From Zygophlyctis sp. KS116 (taxonomy: Eukaryota > Fungi > Chytridiomycota): a stretch of 11,337 nt of DNA. The notes below the pieces were generated by a model, which had not been told where the DNA came from, searched no databases, and was given only the letters and a program-made list of their open reading frames with translations. A program made the translations under genes and the position numbers. Shown here piece by piece: positions 1 to 9,613 of this stretch (within the stretch, counting starts at the first letter, position 1; each line of letters starts with the position of its first letter). The stretch is from assembly GCA_054661495.1 (NCBI GenBank), contig BAAFSQ010000310.1:1-11337 (forward strand). Reading direction: 5' to 3'.

Positions 1-77
1 GACAAACTGATCTATGGACAAACTCATCACATTAACAATGGAAATTGATTATCACTTTTGATTGAATAAATTGAATC
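1..77. repeat. Left arm of a perfect 77-nt inverted repeat (partner 10323-10399); 3' end plus downstream sequence of a + strand paralog of the small secreted peptide gene, truncated by the window edge
   Basis: 1-77 (gacaaactga...ttgaatc) is the exact reverse complement of 10323-10399; first mismatch at 78. Positions 1-10 read (c g)g aca aac tga = R-T-N-stop, the C-terminus of the 10390-10539 peptide. Confidence 0.95.
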
Positions 78-224
78 GAAACCATCCATATTATTTTTGA
101 TTTCCCCCCAGGAAGGCACTAACTTGCCCATCTTAGATCTTATTAATCTGGAAATGTATTAGTAATGAATTTAGAATATGTGGTACGTCATTCAGATTAA
201 TAGCGGTACAGGAATTTTGAAACA

Positions 225-331
225 ATCAAACTAATTTTTTTCTCTCTATAATATTTGCTTCTTCTTCTCTTGCTGCTCCAATCACAATCGGACAAATTGA
301 TCTTGCTAAATTAAGAATAACAGTTGAATAA
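225..331 (+). pseudogene. Decayed paralog of the small secreted prepro-peptide gene
   Basis: 233-331 translates NFFLSIIFASSSLAAPITIGQIDLAKLRITVE* versus NLFLSIIFASSAFAAPITIGQIDLAKRHLRT in the intact copy. 270-310 is 41/41 identical to the reverse complement of 10453-10493. ATG is replaced by ATC (225-227), 1 nt is missing near codon 3, the CGTCAT (RH) codons are missing, and an in-frame TGA at 218-220 excludes an upstream start. Confidence 0.8.
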
Positions 332-703
332 ATTATTATTTTCTTTTGGACTTTAGATTTAGACAATATTATTAGTGTGAATCATTTCTATAGTATCAAT
401 AGTAATCATCAGTATAACTCTTTGATGAACATTGTTGGGGTACTGTGCAGGTTCAGTACAATTTTTAAAATATGACATCGTAAATCTCATTCTCTTAAAT
501 AGTATTTCCCTAGACTAATGCAAGAATGCAATAGTTTAAATGCATGATTGAAATGATGCATTGTTAATTAATATAAAATTACTGAGATTGAGTTTGAGTT
601 TACTTTGACAATGATAAAAGATGATGATAATGGATTACTGAGAGCCTATTCTTTGAAAAAGGATCCATGAGCTATTTAAAACTTGATCTTATCTGATTTT
701 ATC

Positions 704-711
704 TGACGTCA
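704..711. promoter_or_regulatory. CRE-like palindrome TGACGTCA just upstream of the VTI1 start codon
   Basis: Perfect TGACGTCA (bZIP ATF/CREB consensus) ending 12 nt before ATG 724; function not demonstrated. Confidence 0.3.
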
Positions 712-723
712 TTCAAAATAAAC

Positions 724-1338
724 ATGTCTGAGATTTTCTCTCAATATGAAAAAGAATATACTGAGCTAGTGACAAGTATAAAAGATAAATTAGAGTCTAA
801 TGATTCAAGTCTTACAAGTCAGTTGAGTAGAGAGTTGGAAGAGTTGGAAGAAATACTGGGGACAATGGAAATTGAAACAAATACTTTACCAGCTGCTACA
901 AAGACTCTGTTAACTCCAAAACTTAAAGTACTAAAGGAGCAAGTCAAGGGATTCAAAAAGGAATTTATAAAGTTGAAAAATAATTCTAGTACAGAAAGGG
1001 ATCAGTTGTTGACGGGTGGTGATAAGAATAGATCTAAACTCTTGGATGGAACTGCAAGGTTGGAAGATGGAAGTAAAAGACTGGAAGAAGCTAGAAGAGT
1101 CGCTTTGGATACTGAACAAATTGGAATTAGTACATTGGAGGATTTAAATCGTCAAAGACAACAGTTGGAACGGACTAGTAATACTCTAAATACTGCTGAT
1201 TCTTGGATTGCTAAAAGTCAAGGTGTTTTAAAAGGAATGCAAAGAAGATTACAGACTAATAAAATGTTACAAATAGCATTAATAGTGGTTCTCATAATTA
1301 TAATCTTGGTTGTGGTTTTCTTTAGATTCTTTTCTTGA
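724..1338 (+). CDS. VTI1: Vesicle transport v-SNARE (Qb-SNARE) Vti1, 204 aa, apparently intronless
   Basis: N-terminal helical Habc region (MSEIFSQYEKEY...LEEILGTMEIE), RSKLLDGTARLEDGSKRLEEARRVALDTEQIG SNARE motif with central Q (LNRQRQQL), C-terminal TM anchor (IALIVVLIIIILVVVFF). Confidence 0.93.
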   Translation: MSEIFSQYEKEYTELVTSIKDKLESNDSSLTSQLSRELEELEEILGTMEIETNTLPAATKTLLTPKLKVLKEQVKGFKKEFIKLKNNSSTERDQLLTGGDKNRSKLLDGTARLEDGSKRLEEARRVALDTEQIGISTLEDLNRQRQQLERTSNTLNTADSWIAKSQGVLKGMQRRLQTNKMLQIALIVVLIIIILVVVFFRFFS

Positions 1339-1376
1339 AATAAAAGTATATTTAGAAAATAAATTAAAATACTGAA

Positions 1377-2734
1377 TTATTGTTTGTATTCTGGAACCCA
1401 GATATCAGTTCCCATGGCACGCTCATAATCAAGAGCAGGAACTATTTCTGGACATTCTTCCAGTAAAGATTTACAATCATTTTTACTTATACATGATATG
1501 ATTATAGGTGATTCAAGATTGATTTTTTCTGAACCGTAAAGTTCAATTGTAATATTAACTGAATGATGAGTTTCAAAGAGTGGATCAATCCTTTGTAATT
1601 GGTTTTTAGGATATTGGATTAAAACTTGTGAGACACTAGGATCATGTTTAAAGGTTGAAGGACTTATATCTCCTATAGAAGGGATCTGAAGTTGAGTATA
1701 ACCTTCAACATAGATTCCATCTCCACCACCACCTAATTTCCCCTATAGAATAAATAAAATTGAAAAAATACAGGTCGCATTGTATTATTTGAAAAAGAGT
1801 ACTTGTCTGCAGATTGTCTTAGATTTGGAAAAGATCTAGATGAAATTTCAGATAATTCAAACGTTCCTTCAGACTCTGGAGGTACATACTGTACTTCTTC
1901 CCATTTTAAAACTTCTGTACTTGATTTTATAGACTTGTAAACATATCTTTCAGATAAGTAAATGTCTTGAGATCCTATATCCATTAATTTTTTGTAAACC
2001 ACTCTTCCCAAAATTATAGTTTGAGTTAGAGTAAAAGTCAGACTCTTGATTCTTATTCCATTTTTACTTGAATCGAATGGTACTTGTAGTCTATATCCAA
2101 AATCTAGATTATCAGTCGGACCAATCACTATATTCCCAACTTCTATATCATATTCTATTATGGATGCAGGTGGTGATCTCCATCGTCTAATTTCTGGATG
2201 TAATAAATGAGGTACTAGCCGAGGATCATATATAAGTAAAGGGATTATCTCTACTGAACAAGTTTTTTCTGTTATCCAAGATTTAAAAACCCGTCCGGGA
2301 ATAAATATTGTAGCAGACAATTTATACAAAATCTTTACAGACCATGGATATCCATTTTTAGTAGTTCCATTTAGAGATATCGGAGATGGTATTAATAGTC
2401 CTGGGCTGGTTATCCTGTCTGGAATCTCTTGATCGTAATGCGTAAGATCGGGCGAGAGTTCAAAAGCAAAGGGAAAGTCCAGATCACTGACTTCTTGTGA
2501 TACATCTAGAGTGATTTCATCATGCAATAAATATTTCGAAAATGCTCCAATGATCAATGAATCTTCCTTTACAAAATCAATTGCCAAACTTCCCTGCAGT
2601 TCAATCTTGACTTTTGATATTTGAACTGGATATTTCGACTTGAACAGTAATCTTCCTTGGACATATGCCATTTCAAGCCCAAAGCATCCATGGATCCACT
2701 TTCCCTCATCCAATGGAATAATTGATGCAAACAT
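1377..2734 (-). CDS. Arrestin-fold (alpha-arrestin-like) protein, ~442 aa, 2 exons (2734-1772, 1742-1377)
   Basis: Removing a 29-nt GT..AG intron (1771-1743) joins ...NNTMRP to GKLGGGGDGIYVEG...VPEYKQ*, open to TAA 1379-1377. Beta-strand-rich motifs resembling arrestin N/C domains: VQGRLLF...ISKVKIELQG, FPFAFEL, IPS...ILYKLSATI, FETHHSVNITIEL; C-terminal PY-like VPEY. The family call is from motif memory only. Confidence 0.65.
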
Positions 2735-2828
2735 GACACTTGCGTTTTATTCAAAAAATCTTAATTGCAAAGAATTAAATGGTACTCCCGAATGCATTCT
2801 ATATCAACCGCAATTGTATCATATGATA

Positions 2829-4235
2829 TCAGACTATTGTAAAAATATCCTGTGCTACATTCCATGGATGGGAGGTAGACATTTGAGGAGTTTGCTGATA
2901 TTTCCCACGCAATAGTCGTCGAAGCTCTTTCAAGAGATCTGTTAAAGTTCGATTCTTATTTTGGTTAAGAGCAGTTATTAGAGCCCAACTCATGGCACCT
3001 GTTGCTTCCCCTCCAATTACTGCATCTGCAGATGTTTGATTATCTTTACATCCACTAAATTGAACAACATGCGCAGGAGATGTTTTTTCCCGTTTAGTCT
3101 TCTCTAATGCATTTGGATCATTCTTCTGAGTCAATAAAGAAAACAAACTTGCAGCTTCTTTCATTGCTGCACCAGGTCTCTTGGTCAATATTGCTAAACC
3201 TGCATTTAATCCATGAGAAACAATGGCTTTTGTATTATCCTGAAATGTAACTTCCTCCCTACCATCCACAGAGTATGTATAAGGAAGATCCATTGAAGAT
3301 CCCGAATGACAACAGTCGAAAATTGCAGTTAATCTTGATCCTTGTGGAAGAGGTTTCACTAATAAATCATGTATTTCCTATTCATGAATTGATTAATATT
3401 ACATCATCTACAATTTGCCCTGCAGATTGATAATCTACTGGACATATCGTTTCATCATATCCATCAGCTTCATCCCCATCTTTAGATAAGTGACAATGAC
3501 ATTACCTAAATCTTTGACACGACTTCCATGGCCTGAAAAATGGAAAAAGAATGCATCACCTGGTTTAGCATCTCTTACTAACCATTTCATCCCATTAATT
3601 ATATTTTTCTTTGTTGGCTGACCTCTTGGATCTTTTGAATCATCAGTCAAGATACAGATTTCATGAAATCCATAATTTGCAATTAGCCAATCATGAACAT
3701 TTCGAACATCTGCAATACATCCTCTTAGCTCACTTCTTGTTCTAAAGTAATTAATTCCAATAAAGAGAGCTTTTCTTTTTCTATAACATTATTCGAATGA
3801 ATTTTACCCGTTTGAAGGTCCTTGAGGCTGCTGGTAAGATGCTTGATTTCCAAGAGATGCATCATACATTGGAGGTTGCTGATATTGATTATTATAAGAT
3901 GCCTGATTGTAATTTTGAGGTGGTAAATGCTGTTGGCCTTGATAATAATTTTGACCCGGAGAAGGATTTTGAGGCGGCTGATAATATCCAGGCTGTTGAG
4001 CTTGATAATAATTTTGTCCTGGAGGATACTGATGAGTCGGTTGATTGTAATTCCCAGGATGCTGATTGTTTGAATACTGCATTTGCCCAGGATAACCACT
4101 AGTACCAGAACTACCAGGATATCCTGAACTGCTAGAACTACTGGGATGACCAGAATTTTTGCCATCAGATGAGAAAGATCCAGACTAATATCAGACTATT
4201 AAACTTACAGCGAGACTATTAAAGAATTTTTTCAT
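2829..4235 (-). CDS. MCA1: Type I metacaspase (peptidase C14) with Q/P/Y/N-rich prodomain, ~434 aa, 5 exons (4235-4209, 4184-3808, 3780-3506, 3479-3403, 3377-2829)
   Basis: Spliced product has GKRKALFIGINY, LRGCIADV, FHFSGHG (catalytic His), DGDEADGYDETICPVD, AIFDCCHSG (catalytic Cys), SGCKDNQTSAD, GAMSWA, QTPQMS. Introns: 4208-4185 (24 nt), 3807-3781 (27), 3505-3480 (26), 3402-3378 (25); exons sum to 1305 nt. Exon 1 is the least certain. Confidence 0.93.
3938..4023 (-). repeat. Coding direct repeat in the metacaspase prodomain (PGQNYYQ x2)
   Basis: 3938-3960 and 4001-4023 are 21/23 identical (cttgataataattttg(a/t)cc(c/t)gga), offset by 63 nt. Confidence 0.8.
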
Positions 4236-4292
4236 TATGAAACGTAAGATCAGCAGGGCTGTTGGCCGCCGCAATTGCTTTTCTCACAGCAA

Positions 4293-4889
4293 ATGATCAG
4301 AATACTATCGCTCTTATGTTTTTTTAAAGTCTTGATTGGACAGCAGACTCCTCAATTATGTGCTAAAGCAGCCGAATATTCCAATTGTGCGCTAAATGCA
4401 ACGCTTCAGGTGGCTGCATGCAATCAAAATGTAGATAGCAATCCAGATTCAAAATATTATACTTGCTTATGTGATGGTTATCAGACTACTCTAAGATGCT
4501 ATTCATTATGTCCAGATGATCCTCAATTGCAGCTCCAGTTTAGAACTCAAAAGGAAAGCCTTTCTTCAACATGTAAGGCGGCAAGTGATATGAAGCTCAA
4601 AGAATCAGTCTCATTCTCATCTTCTACATCAGTCTCTGTTTCTTCAAAGACTTTATCAGCTTCAGATTCTACATCATCTTCAGTCTCTGGAGGACTTGTT
4701 AAATCGTCTGGATCAATTTCAAACACGATCGGACAAACTCTTACCAGTACACAGATTTTGGGAGAAGGTGGGAGTAAAGCAATGACACCTTCATCAATAT
4801 CAATTGGAGATTTTACATTTTTCAGTGGATCTCTTGGGAATCATATTTGTGCATTTTTAGCAGTTATTATTGCCATTGTGGCGTTTTAG
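4293..4889 (+). CDS. Secreted, probably GPI-anchored, 8-Cys (CFEM-like) Ser/Thr-rich cell-surface protein, 198 aa
   Basis: ATG 4293 gives signal peptide MIRILSLLCFFKVLIG; Cys spacing C-x8-C-x10-C-x14-CxC-x8-C-x3-C-x20-C with CPDDP; long Ser/Thr stalk; hydrophobic C-terminus (SG...ICAFLAVIIAIVAF*). The track start at 4275 is a TTG codon. Confidence 0.8.
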   Translation: MIRILSLLCFFKVLIGQQTPQLCAKAAEYSNCALNATLQVAACNQNVDSNPDSKYYTCLCDGYQTTLRCYSLCPDDPQLQLQFRTQKESLSSTCKAASDMKLKESVSFSSSTSVSVSSKTLSASDSTSSSVSGGLVKSSGSISNTIGQTLTSTQILGEGGSKAMTPSSISIGDFTFFSGSLGNHICAFLAVIIAIVAF

Positions 4890-4941
4890 ATCAGTTTGAG
4901 GATCTTTTGTTTAGCAAACAAAAAAATATATTTTATATTGC

Positions 4942-5529
4942 ATGCCTTCTAATTTTGATGCAGTAAGGAAAAAGCTCAATCTCAAGGATACTCTGAAAAA
5001 GGTTAAAGACACTAGGAATTTCCCAATCGAGAAAAATAGTCGGTTTGCTGGTCGATTCTTTCAAATTGTCTTGGCTGTTTTCGCTTGGTATTTCCTAGGA
5101 TCTCAATCACAATCCATATTAATACAATATGAGCTCACCCCAGTCATTAATGCAATGTGGTTCTTTGCTATTACAAGTCCGATAGTGTCCGGGTCTCTCA
5201 TTGCAGTATATATCGCCCCATGGTTTTCTCATTCTTGGAGCTCTAGGAGAATTTTATTCATTGAAACATTCTTAGATTTCTTGATGACTTTTGGGTGGGT
5301 TGCCGGTTTCAGTCTGATGATGATTGCAACTAATGGACAATGCAAACCTACGGCAGATGCCACTTGCACAAACTTCAATTGGTTAGTTGCTTGGTGTTTC
5401 CTATCTTTTCTAGGATTCTTTTATGGTTTGATTCTTGATATAATATCCCTGTATAAGGGTATGTGTGGATCAAATGATATTGAAGCTGAAATACTGTTGG
5501 ATGTTAGAAGAACTACACGGTTAAAATAA
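4942..5529 (+). CDS. MARVEL-domain-like four-transmembrane protein, 195 aa
   Basis: Four hydrophobic segments: RFFQIVLAVFAWYFLG; FFAITSPIVSGSLIAVYI; IETFLDFLMTFGWVAGFSLMM; FNWLVAWCFLSFLGFFYGLIL. The R-x-x-Q start of TM1, D...W in TM3 and a Cys pair (C KPTADAT C) before TM4 are typical of fungal MARVEL proteins. Confidence 0.7.
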   Translation: MPSNFDAVRKKLNLKDTLKKVKDTRNFPIEKNSRFAGRFFQIVLAVFAWYFLGSQSQSILIQYELTPVINAMWFFAITSPIVSGSLIAVYIAPWFSHSWSSRRILFIETFLDFLMTFGWVAGFSLMMIATNGQCKPTADATCTNFNWLVAWCFLSFLGFFYGLILDIISLYKGMCGSNDIEAEILLDVRRTTRLK

Positions 5530-8500
5530 ATTCATTGGTTTAACAAAGAGACTTATTCCTCCAGGGCTTGAATCTTGACCAACAAAGTCCACATCTTTCT
5601 CCATATCATTAGAAACAACCTTAATAGTCGGTAGCTGACACTTTCCTCCTTGAAGGGGGACCAAATTAAGGCCGATGATTCTTGAAGCTAATGGCAAAAC
5701 CCTCAATGGGTATGATCGAGGTCCAGAAAACACAAATCCCTCGGCTGACTCAATTGAAATAACAATGTCTTCTACCTTGAGACTGGTATTTTGAACTACA
5801 ATGTCTACAGGCAGAATAGCGCCAATTTGTGGGTCTTTTTTGACGTCTTTAAATTACACAAAAAAAATGTTACCAATGCAAATGACTATAGCTTTCGTAA
5901 AGAGCATAGTTTCTGGAATATGAAATATGGATGTTATCCACTTTTCACTAGTTCGCAAATCATTTCTCTTCCAATTTACGTGGATATACCCAATAAAGAA
6001 TTTGGGGTTGGTTTCTGAAACTGGATAATTAAGTGTAACTTCGTGAATGCAAGTGATGGCTTCCAATGGGGATAATTCTACCATTTTCGTTAGTTTTTCA
6101 CTGAAGCAGCGGGACTCTAGGCTATATGGGTGGGTACACTAATATTTAATTCAAACGAAATACTGATGTGAATGTTAAATCTATCGTCTGAATTGTAACG
6201 CTAGACGTTGAGTTGTTTTGAAATTTAGAAGCAATAAGCCAGCTCTGTCGCTTCGCAAATTCTAATGCATGGGGATTGAAAAGTCCCACTGCATCCAAAG
6301 AGTCGATTACTGTTCTAGACATTTGTCTTATATCAAAAGATGCTTGAAATGGGCTGGTGAATGGAATTTCGATTACTTCTTGATGTTTAAAAAGCAGATC
6401 TGCATTATCCTGATCACCATTCAGGCACCAATAAGCGGCAATAACAATGGTTCGAGTTCCTTCAATACCAAAAGCTTTCAAAAATAAATCACTTGAAATA
6501 CTTGTTTTCTTAGGGATCAATCCAATAGCATATTTCAAATGCTGACAGTATTTTACTGAAGATTCAGAATTTACTGATGAAAGTGAAATATGAGTATCAT
6601 GATCTATAAATTTAATCATTTAATAGAATTAACCTATTTCAGTTGAAGAACTCTTAATGCTAACTTCCAGTGATACATATACATCATTGTCATCATTATT
6701 TTTTAGTGAGATGCTTATGGGAAAGTCTTCGTGCAACAAACCAACGTCACGATAATTGACATCAATATCTAACAAAGGCCGGCGTCTATTGACCCTGAAA
6801 AGTTACTTTAGTGTTAATGAATACCGGATACTAGTAGGGGGGAGTTGCCGTTCTAAGCGCGAAAAATAATTATTACAATTATCAGCCAACGAAAACCATC
6901 GCTGTTGATCAATATGCTGCTGCGATAAATGTTCCTTTGGGAAGATCAATCCCACGGTCCATGACGACGATTCGAAAATACATACTACTCTTGTCATAGT
7001 AATTTCTCCTGGTGTGTCAGAAATAAGTTTGCCTTCGTAAACTAATCCCGTATCTGGAGAGATATTTAAATTTGCCAAATAAGTCAGACCATCCTGGTAT
7101 TGATAAGGATTGTCGATGCTAGGGACTGATTTTCGCTCTGCCAATGCAAGCTGACAGAACGCAATATTTTTTGAGTAAAGAGCTTCTGAAGAATTGATAG
7201 CAATAGTTTTCTGACTCGCTTTTTCGTCATGCAAAATGGTAAAATTGTATTCGGCTTTTGAGAATTCCACATAAATTCGTGCTAATTTTACCGGGTAAGC
7301 AAAAAATGAAGGTATAGAGGGATGAATCGATAGTTGAAACTTTATGGAGTCAAGAACGATCACTTGGCTTTGGTACATTTGAGCAAATGACTCTAAAAAC
7401 GTAGGCGTTTTATCTGTTTCAATCATGACGTGCTGCCGTGGTACATTTTCAGAGGAAGTTTTGGTAGCGTAAATTATTTGAAATAATTCATAAAACAATT
7501 TGACCAGTTCACTATCTTGATCTGTTTTCAGCTGCTTTGATAGTATTTCAAAAAGTGTGCACACTAAAACCTTGCTTTGATTCCCCTTTCGTGCAGAGTC
7601 AAGGAGGTTGATAAGCACACATTTGAGAAGTTTGGGCCATTTCTCGATCCTATATATGTTCGCCGCATTATTATAGAAATGAATTGCCTTATCGTAACAC
7701 TTCATAGACTCATGCAATTTAGCCATCTCCAATTCCAAGTAAAGGATCAATCTTGAATAATTTGCATCTTCAAACCATCTATGCACCTTCTCTAACAATT
7801 CCAAAGAAATGTTCTGATGATTAATAGATCTTTCAGCATGAAGACTTTGTTTAAGTATGTTGGCTGGTGATTAATTGATATCAAATACCTTGCAAATTTG
7901 AATACTGAGATAAAAATAGATCGCTATTTTCTTCATATGACTAAAACTTAGTAAACTAAACACACCTTTTGAGCTGCCGAAAATCGCTTTGCACGCTCTA
8001 AAGAACAAATAGCAGCTATCCAAAGATAGAAGCCGGGTTTTTGGGTAAATATAGCTACATTGATGCCACTGTAAGGACCAAAGAGTGATCCGCCTATCGT
8101 CCCAGGTACTACAGTCCCGATGGCAGCAGCAGTAGAAGCTGCTATCTGCAATGAGCTAAGACCAGATGTGGAAATTGGAATTGAACCAATTGGAGGAATA
8201 GGAAGTTCCAGCTTGTTTTTTATTTCAGCATCCTCTAAAACATTTGCAAACATTTGGAAACTATCGAGTAAGATATACAAAAAATTACTGAGATGAAAGC
8301 CAAGCCCAATATTCAAATGATCCACCTCCAGGCAAGACCCCCAACTTCTTAATCTCAAATCTTGTCGTGGCAACATCTTTATTTGAATGCCTGGACAGTC
8401 CAAATTCAGGAAAATGTTTTGCAGTTGCAATATGTGCTGAAAATTGTAAATTACATGGTACAACAGATCCTACATTGCCAAATGACTTGCATAACTAAAA

Positions 8501-9553
8501 GTTGATGAAATTAACCAAACCTTGAAATTAATACAATCCAACAATAACCGACTCTCAAACCAACGACCTGAAAACGGAATAATTGGAAGACGATCCGAAG
8601 AATGAGCAGAAGCTTTCAACATCCCAGCCAAATTCTGATACGCATTATCAAGATATCTAACATTATTATTCCAAGATTAATCGATTACCTTTGAGTATAC
8701 TCTGAATCTTGCCGAAATTCAGCAAAAATTGCCAATTTAAAGTCATATCTTACTAACCAGCCTTGCGGCACTAATTCAGAAGAATTCTTTTGAGCAATTG
8801 CCTGTGACATTCCAGTCGGTTTCCTTGTTATAGATCCAATTTTAGACTTTTTCTTTTTAATATGTTTTTCACATTCTTTATAGTAAAAATATAAAGAGTC
8901 CAACAAGTATTTTCCAAGCCTATAATTGGTAAAATAATATTATACCCTTTAATAAACTTTTTAATTTCTTCTTCATCATTTATAGAGTTTGAATCAATTG
9001 TAAAAATCTTTTCTGAACCACTAGATTTCTTTATAAATGCAATCCTATCTTCTAAAATTGAATTTGAATCTTGAGTAAACCCAGATAATATCAAAACAGG
9101 AATAAACTTTCTACCTCTTTCAAGTATCCCAGATTGACTCTTTCTCTTTTCATTTAGAATATTAGCTAAAATAGCATCTTTTTCACGATAAGTCACATCA
9201 GAGACTGACACCCCCAATGGATCATGTTTAGATTTTTCAAAAACCAAATCATAAATTCCCAAAACGACCCCAGGATTTGATTTTACTTTTTGAATCCACA
9301 ACGGACTCATAATACCATCAGGATATAATGGTGAATTTACATTATTTGGTGAATTATTCGTCTCTGGTTTCTTAAAAACCCAATTCTAACCTGTAAAAAT
9401 TAAAGCACTTACAGTCGATAACTTTATGTATTCAAGATAATTATCAGCGTTTATTTTGGAAATTAGTCTTGCGGATAATGATTTGTCTGCCGAGGCATTT
9501 AAAATTCCTAGTACAGGAAGCAGCGGAGTCATATAATCAGCCGGTAGTTCCAT
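5521..9553 (-). CDS. TRAPPC11: Trafficking protein particle complex subunit 11 (foie gras/gryzun family), ~1243 aa, 12 exons (9553-9413, 9385-8946, 8919-8689, 8656-8521, 8494-8289, 8260-7966, 7940-7889, 7863-6825, 6794-6634, 6603-6164, 6138-5874, 5846-5521)
   Basis: Eleven GT-AG introns (27,26,32,26,28,25,25,30,30,25,27 nt) stitch the fragmentary ORFs into one 3732-nt frame. Recognisable motifs: YPDGIMSPLW, RYDFKLAIFAEFRQD, RWFESRLLLDCINFK, GSFEYWAW, PGFYLWIAA, ERSINHQNISLELL, YRIEKWPKLL, GFVFSGP, LFVKP. In-frame stopless introns inside long exons cannot be excluded. Confidence 0.88.
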
Positions 9554-9613
9554 TCTTAGTTTTATTAAGTAGTTTTGCAAGAAAACGCAATCGTCACTTA
9601 AAAAAACGCGAAG

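Noticed and set aside
107-135. CCCAGGA and CCCATCTTA matches to the 10560-10608 promoter region
   Set aside because: Only 7-9 nt, in a different order and in the opposite orientation relative to the peptide gene; not distinguishable from chance.
332-703. Longest unexplained intergenic stretch; small ORFs (a 39-codon minus-strand ORF, 611-670 plus) and a 6-bp hairpin GTACTG..CAGTAC at 440-459
   Set aside because: Too short, with no homology or RNA-gene signature recognisable; expected by chance in AT-rich DNA.
931-1119. Short ORFs 931-1119, 2569-2754, 2640-2915, 5791-6018, 6269-6487, 7084-7272, 9469-9684, 9816-10136, 10622-10891
   Set aside because: All overlap better-supported genes in antisense or alternative frames and show no recognisable motifs.
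3725-4165. 146-aa minus-strand ORF and 101-aa plus-strand ORF (3797-4102)
   Set aside because: Alternative-frame and antisense shadows of the low-complexity metacaspase prodomain.
5521-9580. Interpreting the fragmented ORFs as pseudogenes, programmed frameshifts or an alternative genetic code
   Set aside because: Every break is explained by a GT-AG intron of 24-32 nt that restores the frame, and TAA, TAG and TGA each terminate genes in this window.
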